Of a DNA stretch of 32,000 nt, positions 1-11,376 are shown piece by piece. The DNA is from Candidatus Saccharimonadota bacterium (GTDB taxonomy: Bacteria; Patescibacteriota; Gracilibacteria; Absconditabacterales; Absconditicoccaceae), in contig CP006913.1 of the NCBI GenBank assembly GCA_000503875.1, forward strand, positions 570,001 to 602,000. Direction: 5' to 3'. The position numbers and the translations under genes are program-made. The notes under the pieces were generated by a model. The model saw only the letters and a program-made list of their open reading frames with translations, did no database searches and was not told where the DNA came from. Every line of letters begins with the position of its first letter. Within the stretch, counting starts at the first letter, position 1.

Positions 1-3000
1 ATGTTGTTATAATAGCAGGTTCATAAGATACATATCAAGGAGTAGGAATATATCATCATGTATATTCTCCTATATATAATCAAGTTACATCATTTTGTAA
101 AGATGATACAAGACCAGTTCATGATATATAATTATAAATTACAGATTGAACTTGTCTATTACTATTTTTACCATAGATATATCCTGCAACTGGTGGATAA
201 AAATCAAGATCCTTTTGCGAATTACACAATCCATCAACATGTAAAAATAGCTCATCAGAAGAAAAAGGATTTACTGCATAATCGCAAGACATAGTAGGCC
301 CAGTAAGCAAAAGTATTCCTGTAGTTCGTCATAAATAGTTATACGTAGCTCATCCTGTTGCAAAATAACTTGCATTTGGAATTGAAATATTGCTTAAGCT
401 ACCGTTAGCATACATCTTTATAGTACCAAAATATTTAGTATAATGAGTATAGTATCTATTATCTACATATATTGCATTAATAGTATTATTATAACATTCC
501 AAATTATTTACAACATTATATTGTGACCTATTATTAAAACCAATTCAATACCCATTATTATATAATTGTGCATTATTTATAACTCAAGAATTACTACCAT
601 CTATATAAATTCCATTATTGGTATTATTAAATGATTGAATATTATTTAATGTAGTATAGTTAGAATTATATATCCTAATTCATCAATAAGAACCATTTAT
701 ACTATTTTGAAATAACTGTACATTATCCACAAAATTATAATGAGAAATATATATATGAATACCTTCTTGAGAATTATTATATGATTGACTATTAGAAATT
801 GTGGTATAATTTACACCATTATTAAAATAAATTCATCTATAATAATTATAGGTTTCAACATCATTAATAATACCAAAGCTAGATCAATTAATAAAAGAGA
901 TACCAGCTGATATTGGTGTATGAAATCAAGAAGAGCCATTAGATTTACCATCAAATTTAATTCCATCTATCAAAATATTGTTTAAATTATCAATAGATAA
1001 GGCTGAAGTCGATCAGGTAGTATTATAGAAAGTAACAAGTCCGGATCAAATCAAAGCAGTACAATGTCATAAAAAATTTATAACTCATGTATTTAAATAA
1101 TCTCCTGAAGATAATATATATAAGGTATTTCATTGTAAATTTTGAGGGACTGTTCCAAGTCATGGAGAAAGATATTTGAGCATCATTTTATTAATATCAC
1201 AACTATTCGCTAACCAATTATATCAAGAGAAATAATATTTCTGTATAATATCTTTTTCAGACTGAATGGTGACAGAATCCAAATATATTATCGTATTATT
1301 AAATGTTTTATATATCATACCTCCGGTAGATAAATAGAGGTTTATAGATTTTTCACCATATCATGGTGTTAAAGTAACATTAAAAGTTCCAGTACCATTT
1401 AATATTCAATTCAAAGATCCTCACACAATATCACCTGAAATAGTATATGAACCGGTAAACGCTAAAACGACAACCAATTCCAAGTTTCTTGTTGTTGTAT
1501 ATGTGTCACTATTGATAAAAAAGTCCGCTCACGGAAGAATACTAGTTGGTTCTGCAATAAATTTAGTAGAATCAAAATCTAAAGAAGATAAAACCAAGTT
1601 AGTAGTTCACGAGTACATTACCGGTTGAATTTGTTTCGAAATAGATCATCAATAAATATTAGTTCAAGTTAATGATATATTACTTCTATATCATCTATAA
1701 TCACAATTAGATATTAAATTCAAAAAAGAATTTTGATTTCGATCCAAAATATTAACAGCTAATCAACAATTCATCTTTCATGATCAGGCTATAATTTCTC
1801 AAACATTTCGTCATAATCAAAGATTTTCTAATCATCATGAGATGAAAGATGATGTATTATCTAACTTTACATTACCATAGCTATTATTGAAAAAGCTATT
1901 TTTACCATAAAATTTTGATCCTGTCGAAAAAGTACTAGAAATAGCATATCACATATTATTATATATATTTACATTATTTATTATTGTTCAAGTAGAACGA
2001 TCGAGACTAATACCATTATTTTGATTATTGAAAATATGTGCATTATTAACAACGGTATTTACTGCATAACCAATATTAAAAGACATATACGTTGGATATG
2101 AAACATCTCAATTACCATAAATAAGGACATTATTTAATGTAGTATAATGTGAATTATATATTCTATTCATTCTATTATTATACAGATCAATATTATTAAA
2201 TGTATTATTATCAGCCATATAAACCTCTAATCAATAATTAGAATTATTATATAATTGCAAATTATTTATAGAATTATTTGAAGCACTATTATCTAGATTC
2301 AATCAATTCGTACCATCATACGATTGAATATTATTCAATATATTATTAGAAAAATAAGCCAATCTACCTCATTGTGAATTTCCATATAATTTAAGAGTAT
2401 CTAATGTGTTATATTTTGCATAAAATATATAAATAGCATAATTTGCGTTGGTTACTTCAATATTATGAAGAGTATTGTTTTTTGACACATTATTATTATC
2501 TGTTCCAGCAAGATATAAAGAATAGTAATCTTTGGAATGAGATCATCACAATCCATTATCAGTTCAATTTATATAAATACTATCAAGTATATTATTCGAT
2601 GCAAGCTTTCCATAAAAGACTCAAGAATTTGAAAAATAAGAAGAAGTAAAAAATTTAGCCATACCATTTCTAGCAATTATTGCATTACATTTATTAATGG
2701 TTATTTCAGAATCAGTAATATAATCTCCCGGATTAAGAACATATATAGTATATGGAGTTATAATAGACGGCAATACATTGGTACCAGGAGAAACTTGTTT
2801 GATAAGAGCATTTTCCGAACTACAGGCATTGGTCTGCCAATATTTTGTATACGCTGTTTTATCTGCTGAATTGGTTCCATATAATGCAGCATGAATATCA
2901 CAATTATTTGGGTTTTGACTCCAAAATGATGCGTCTAGGAATTTATCATTATCCCAAGATATAGTATATTGTCATTCACAACTAGTACAAGTAGTATCAG

Positions 3001-6000
3001 TATTCTCTGCTATTTTATTGATTTCACCAATATATAAATTTCATGAATAAGAAATAGATGATCAGGTAAGTAATGATCAAGAATATTGTACAGGAGCAAG
3101 CTGTTTTGGTAAAGATATTCCATAAACATAAGATATCAATTCACCTGTCGTTGGTTTCCAAGTAGCTATTTGTCACCTAGAATTACAATAATCATACACT
3201 CAGGTATTAGTAAGTAATCAGTTAGAAAGATTAAATGGATTAGCAATATTTCCACAACGAAAACATTCCCCATTTTCCACCATTCATCATGTTCGTCATA
3301 TATTAGTATAGACACTGGAAGTTCCTCCTGTCAAAAAAGTAATAATTCAATCATCATCATTAGCATACAATTTTAATGTTCCATAATATGTATTTCACGT
3401 AGATACAGAAAAAGATACTCATAAATTATTGTTTAATAGACTTACATGATTTAAAACATTATAATTTGAAGAATTAAAATACAGTCACTGTTGATTATTA
3501 TATATTTGAGCATTATTTATTATAGTACCTGACGAAGAAATCAGAGATAATCAATAAGTTGTATTATTATATAATTGAGAATTATTTACAACATTATAAT
3601 TTGAAGAAGAATAAGCTATTCAAGCTTGAAGATTATTATATGATTGAATATTATTCAATGTATTATATTGAGAATTAGAATATATATATATTCAATGAAT
3701 ACTATTATTATATGTTTGAATATTGTTTAATATATTATTAGAAGAAGCTCTTAAATAAATTCCATAGCTTTTATTGTCTGAAGTTTGAATATTGTCGAGT
3801 ATATTATTATTAGAACTATCTAAATATATTCAATAACAATTAGTGGAAGTATTCTTACATTTACTCGTTTGAATATTTCTTAGTGTATTAAAGTGAGAAG
3901 AAGAAAGTGATATGTTTGTATCATTATTAAATGAAAATTGTGCATTATTTAACATATTGTTTGAAGCACTTTGAATCTGTATTGCAGTACTCGTATTATT
4001 ATAAAATTGCAAATCATCTAAAATATTTCGATTTCCCATTAAATACATTCCATAGACATTATTATAGGATTGAACAGCGTGTACTGTATTATTTGATGCG
4101 TTTAAATAGATACCATAACTATTCGCCGCATGAGATCATCATTGTCCATCACCTGTTCCGTTAAAAGAAATATTTTCAAAAATAGTATTCTTTTTGGCGT
4201 TAACAAAAAACAATCAATTACCTAGTTGAGTATTTGAATAAAATGTTCATGAATCGTTTTTAACGATAACTGCATTACAGGTATTTGGATTAATTGTTCA
4301 ATTAGTTATATAAGTACCAGGATCCAAAACATATATTGTATTAGATACTAATTGATTTGGTAATATATTAGTTCCAGGAGATACCGTTGAAACTCTCATA
4401 TTTTCCACATCACAAATACTTGGATTTGACCAGTTTATGGTATACGCTGTTTTGTCCTCACCATATATTCCCGTACCATATAATGCTGATATAATATCAC
4501 ATGTGTTCGGCGTTTGAGACCAGAATCAGCTATTTATATAGACGTCATTATTCCAAATAGCACTATAGTTTGATATACAATTATTACAGGTGGTGTTATT
4601 ATCTTCTCCGATTTTATCAACTTCACCAATATATAAATTTCAAGAATAAGATAAATTAGAAATAACTGGATTGGCTCATGAATATTGCACGGGAACTACT
4701 TGTTTTGGCACATTTGTTCAATAGATATAAGTAATAGATTCTCCCATTGCTGGTTTCCATCCTATTATTTTACCCTTACTATTACAAGATCGATAAATTC
4801 CTGTATTCGTTAATAGTCCAGATCCAATATTAATCGGATTAGTGATATCTGCACAACGAAAACAAGTATTTATACCTATAGTTCCTGTTGTCCATCCAAA
4901 AGCACTATAATCATTTAATCATGCGGCGATTTTTCATCAACTATTTTGTCGATCAGCATCATTTTCATAAAGTTTTAATAATCCATAATAACTACCTGTC
5001 GACGTTCAAACAAAAGATATTCATGTAGTATTATTTAATATACTAACCTGATTAAAAATAGTATTTGTAGCATTACTTAAACCTATTCAAGCGCCATTAT
5101 TATTATATGATTGAATGTTATTAAGGATAGTGTTTGACGATGCTATTTGTAATCAATCTTGAGCATTATTATAGCTCTGTATATTATTTAAACTATTATT
5201 AGAAGCGGATATATATATTCCATAGTTATTATTATCATATGATTGAATATTATTCATGACATTGTTTAATGCACCAATTTGTATTCCATAACCAGTATTA
5301 TTATATGATTGTATATTATCCAATGTAGTAGAATAAGAATTAGATCACAAATAAACTCAGACACTAGTATTGTTATAGGTCTTTATAGTATTTAATATAT
5401 TTCAACTTGAAGAAGTATTAATAAATATTCAGTTACTACTATTATAAGCATTTACGTTACGTAATATGTTATAATTAGAACTGGAAAGGAGATAGATTGA
5501 ATGATTACTATTATTATAAGAATCTATAGTGTCAAGAATATTATTTGATGATGAATTTAAGTAGATTCCATATTGGTTTTTATAAGACTGAATAGCATAT
5601 AAAGAATTGTTTGATGATGAATTTAAATAAATCGAAGCCGTGCTGGCATTATACGATTCAATAGCATGCAATGCATTATTTGGCGATGAAACAAAAAATA
5701 TTCCATATCCATTCGCTGTATGAGATCATCATAGTCCATTTCCTGTGGCACTTATATGTATATTATCAAAAATATTATTCTTTTTTGTATTAACATAAAA
5801 CATTCCATTGGCTAGTGGTCAAGTAGAATAGAAAACTCAAGTTCAGTTTTTAGTAACGATTGCATTACATTTTTCTGTATTAATGGTTCCCGTTGTAATA
5901 TAATTCCCTGGCTCCAAAAGGTATATTGTATGCGATGATAATTGATTCGGCAAAGTCCCTGTACCGGGAGAAATAGTAATGACTCTTATATTTTCCGTAT

Positions 6001-8332
6001 TACAAAGATTACCATTTTGAACTCCTGATCGATTAGAACTATACATCGTTCTATCTTCTCCATAACGTCATGTACCATATAATGCTGCCACCATATCACA
6101 ACTATTTGGATTTTGATCCCAAAATGCTCATGTTATAAAATTAGAATTATCCCAATTTACTGTATATTTATTAAAACAATCATTGCATGTCATATCTGTA
6201 TTTTCTTCTATTTTATTTATTTCTCCTATATACAAACTTCATGAATAATAAGAGTTTGATCAAGTAAGCTGAGACAATATATAGAAAACAGGTTGTATCT
6301 GTTTAGGAACATTTATACCATAAATATAAGAAAGACTATTGGGTGATGATGTCCATCATCATATCTTTCATCTACTATTACAAGACCGATATATACCAGT
6401 ATTTGTTAGCGTTCATGAAGCTATATCGACTGGATTGGTAATATTAGCACAACGAAAACATCCACTATCAATTTCTATAGATCCTCATGTCCATCACAAA
6501 AAAGAAATATCAGCAAGATTCCCTGTAATCAAACCAGTAAGTATTCCATCTATATTTTGATCATTTTCAGAAAAAATAAGTGTATCATAATATTTATTAT
6601 TGGTCAGTGTTCAACCAAGAGATAAACCCGTTTGATTATTTTTAATAGATACTCTGTTTAATATCGTACCTGAAGTTGAGTTAAGTATTATTCAATATAA
6701 CGCATTATTATAACTTTGTGCATTATTTATTACATTATAATGAGAGTTATTAAAGATATAAATTCCATAACTTGAATTATTATACGATTGAATATTATTT
6801 AACGAATTATAACTAGAAGTTGTTTGAATAACAATTCCATTATCTGAATTGTTATACGATTGAATATTATTTAACGAATTATAATTAGATGTAGAAAATA
6901 GATATATTCAATATGCATTATTATAACTTTGAATATTATTTAATATATTATTAGAAGAAGTCTGAAGTTGAATACCATAATTAGTATTATTATAACTCTG
7001 AATAGTATCCAATGTTATAGAATTAGAAGTAGTATTTAAATAAATTCCCTTATTATTATTAAGTAATTGAATATCATGTATAGTACTATTTACTATAGAT
7101 TGAAAATATATTCAGTTTGCATTTTTTGTATGAGATCATCACCATCCATTTCAAGATCAATTAACACTAATTCCATCTATTATGATATTATTTTTCGTAG
7201 TAGCATAAAACATTCACTGAGTAGCGGTACTCAATTGTACTGATGAATAGAAATTGATATTTCATGTACCACCAATTACTGCAGAGCATCAATTCATAGC
7301 AATAGCTCCTGTTGTAATATAATTTCCTGATCATAAAATATAAATAGTATTTGCTGCTAGAGCAATAGGTAGAGATCATGTTCCTTCAGTAAGATATACA
7401 ACAGACATATTTCCCGTAATACATGTGACTCCAGTTCGATTTCTTGTATATGCAGTCCTTTCTATTCATCAACTTCCATCTCCATATAACGCTCTTATCA
7501 CATCTTGATTTGTTGGATTATTATTCCAGAAATCATCTGTTATAAAATTGTCATTGTCCCATTGGATTGATCCTACAGTAAACAAGGTAAAGTGATTTGT
7601 AGTAAATACTACATAGGAACTATTATCGATTTCTTGAACCATAGTTTGTGTATGAAGTTTCCATTCTTTTCCATTTTCTGATGAATAGATATTAACTTTT
7701 TCTCCTTGATTATATCATGGAGCTGGCATTCTAATTGTTACATATTCATCTTGTCCTTTCTCATTTTTAAAGAACAAAGATTCTTGATCTGATCATACTT
7801 CAATAAGAGAAACAGCTGATTTATTATCTAATTTATATTGTTTAGGGTCGATAAAAGTTGGAACTTTTATTTCCTTAGTATAAAAGGTATTTTTTTTAGT
7901 TTTAATAGCAATTCATGCTGGAATTTCCACTTGAGCAACTTTATTATTCAAGGTGTTTTTTGAAATAAGAACTGTTTGAACAAGAATTTTTCCGTTTTTA
8001 GAAAGAGAAATATTTTTATCAGTTATATTCTTAGTTTCAGATGAAATATTAGTATCAAATACATTATTGGTAACAGATACTGTTTTATCGTCCAACAATT
8101 CTGATGAAGATGAATCAACAGTAGTTGGTTTCGAATTAGAAATAATCACTGGAGTGAGATCTATTACTCAGGTATTTTCTTTTATATCCTGTTTATAAAT
8201 AGGTTCTGGAATTATAGGAGAATTTAATTCTTCATTTTTTTCTCAAAAGAAAAAATAAGCAACAGAAAGAATTATAGATAAAAATAGAATTATTAAGAAA
8301 TACATAGCTCCCTTTCTATATTTTTTTTTCAT
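1..8332 (-). CDS. Giant cell-surface protein (putative adhesin). The N-terminal 2,777 codons are visible and the C-terminus runs off the left edge. It has an N-terminal membrane anchor/signal, then at least five tandem modules of a Cys-rich linker domain plus right-handed parallel beta-helix (PbH1-type) repeats.
   Basis: The minus-strand frame with codon first bases at coordinates = 1 mod 3 has no TAA/TAG from 8332 down to 2 (checked line by line); only TGA interrupts it. Track fragments 7913..8149, 5843..6046, 5429..5671, 3830..4048 and 119..310 all lie in this frame. ATG at 8332 gives MKKKYRKGAMYFLIILFLSIILSVAYFFF (hydrophobic anchor); an alternative in-frame ATG is at 8305. There are many 22-24 aa turns of the type S-x-N-N-I-L-N-N-I-Q-S-Y-N-N-x-x-Y-G-I-Y-L. 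Each helix starts with P-G-x-Y-I-T...C-N-A-I/V, as in pectate-lyase-fold proteins. Confidence 0.85.
1670..6460 (-). repeat. Three tandem, clearly paralogous ~1.6 kb (about 532 aa) coding modules inside the giant gene. More diverged copies flank them at about 6600..7560 and 1..1670.
   Basis: The conserved C-F-R-C anchor (plus-strand acaacgaaaaca) sits at 6449..6460, 4853..4864 and 3254..3265, giving periods of 1,596 and 1,599 bp. The blocks L-Y-I-G-E-I/V, F-W-x-Q-N-P-N-x-C-D, A-L-Y-G and P-G-x-Y-I-T recur in the same order in each module. Confidence 0.8.
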
Positions 8333-8699
8333 GGAAATAATTCTTATATAAAAAAATTACCAGCTGATAACCAAAAGTAATCAAAAATACAAGAAAATCA
8401 AGTTAAAAATCAATAAATAACCGGCAAGATTCCATTTTTTTTATAGTTTGACAAAAACGATTTAAGTAATACCGTAGAGAGTAAAATAAAGTCAACTAGA
8501 AAAGGATTAATAATAAATATTGTCCATTCTTAATAAACAATAATCTCTTGTTCTCAAGAATATAATTCTAATAATGAAAACCAAGAATTCTTAATCAATA
8601 AAAACAATAATAAATGACGTGACGAGAAGCAATATACATACCAGGAACTGCAGGTATAATAATGCGAATAATCTGATATTTATGATCTGCAAAATAATA

Positions 8700-9641
8700 T
8701 TAATCGATATTTTCTATTAAGATATCTTTCATTTTTTCATATATTTCTTTCACATCTTCTGGTGATTCATAATTAGGAAATAATGTCTGTCCCAAAGCAA
8801 CTTTTACATCAAAAGAATCAGCTAAAGCAACATTATTTGCAATCATTTTTTCGATTTGATCAGCTGTATATCAATTAGTTATAAGTACCTCACTAATCTC
8901 CTCTTCTGTCATAATATGAAAATTTCATACAGGTTGTCTCCTATCCATTTCATATATTTTTTTCCCATCTTTTACAGCTAATGCTACTTCCCAAGCTTCT
9001 TTATCAGATTTTTTTATATAATGATAATTTGTATTAACTACACAAGGTACACCAAGCTCCTGACACAAAGAAAATATATAAGTATTTATACGTTCTAACT
9101 CTGAATTTTCACTATGAAGTTGTGCTATAATTTCTCCATACACTGCATATTCACCAAGAACAGATTGCAATAAACGAATGATTTCACTAATTTTTTCACG
9201 AGATTCATCACGTAAAATCATTTTTCCTATCCATGATTGGTTACCACCAAATAAACAAACAACTCCATCAAAAAAAGAACGAATAGCTCAAAGATCAACT
9301 TTAGGTTTTCCTTTAACTCAAATAGTATTAGCATAAGAAGTAAGTTCCAGAAGAGATGAATATCATTTTGTTGTTTTAGCAAGAAAGACTATATTGCCAA
9401 CTTGATCAATAGGATAGATAGAAGTTACATCCAAAACAAATCCAAGTTCAACTCAAAGAATAGGTTTAATTCATTCATCTTTACAAGCTCACAAAAACTT
9501 AATAGCACCAAACATACCATTATAATCAGTGATTGCTATTGCTGACATTCCAAGTTCTTTGGCTCTAGCAGCAATTTTTGCTGGTTTACCAATGGCTTCG
9601 AGAAATGAAAACGTGCTATGTCCATGAAGATGAATAAACAT
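8700..9641 (-). CDS. dnaE: DNA polymerase III alpha subunit, N-terminal PHP domain only (313 aa). It is truncated relative to full-length DnaE of about 1,100+ aa, so it is a fragment or a split gene.
   Basis: The table-25 translation starts MFIHLHGHSTFSFLEAIGKPAKIAARAKELGMSAIAITDYNGMFGAIKFLGACKDEGIKPILGVELG, a typical DnaE PHP N-terminus. Similarity continues to ...LGQTLFPNYESPEDVKEIYEKMKDILIENID, then TAA at 8700..8702. The palm/fingers regions are absent and nothing downstream (8333..8699) is coding. No in-frame TAA/TAG; the track ORF 8925..9221 is in frame. Confidence 0.75.
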
Positions 9642-9663
9642 TATCTCTTACTAACAAATAAAA

Positions 9664-11205
<1,542 letters not shown>

Positions 11206-11285
11206 TCATAAAAAAATAAATGCTGATCTTTTAATATAGTTTCTACTTATTTTTTCAAGTCAACCTCACATTTCTTACACTCGAA

Positions 11286-11313
11286 TTGAAAACAGAAGAG
11301 ATATTACTATAGT
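11286..11313 (+). promoter_or_regulatory. Candidate sigma70-type promoter for the SbcC-like gene (TTGAAA, 16-nt spacer, TATAGT)
   Basis: ttgaaa at 11286..11291 and tatagt at 11308..11313, in the 177-bp divergent intergenic region. In AT-rich DNA such matches also arise by chance. Confidence 0.3.
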
Positions 11314-11376
11314 ACCAAAGAGAAAAACGATAAAACAAAATTATTAACTTTTAAAATCTACTGAATTCAAGCAATT

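Noticed and set aside
6339-6560. Track ORF on the plus strand (73 aa), and similar ones at 58..294, 2443..2649 and 3931..4164
   Set aside because: They are antisense shadows of the giant minus-strand gene, with low-complexity composition and no motifs.
3400-7100. Regular short direct repeats that could be mistaken for a CRISPR array or satellite
   Set aside because: The periodicity is 66-72 bp, in frame inside a long ORF, and translates to Asn-rich beta-helix turns. There is no constant repeat/variable spacer structure and there are no cas genes.
8321-8329. A9 homopolymer right after the ATG of the giant gene as a slipped-strand phase-variation switch
   Set aside because: A/T runs of this length are common in this AT-rich window (for example in the SbcC-like and EnvC-like genes). 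A second in-frame ATG at 8305 precedes the hydrophobic anchor, so a frameshift here need not switch the gene off. No evidence of variation is available.
8333-8699. Search for tRNA/small RNA or a hidden remainder of dnaE in the 367-bp gap (also direct repeats attcttaat..aaacaataat at about 8527 and 8587)
   Set aside because: The region is extremely AT-rich with no cloverleaf-capable segments. All six frames are closed even with TGA=Gly. The short repeats are low-complexity.
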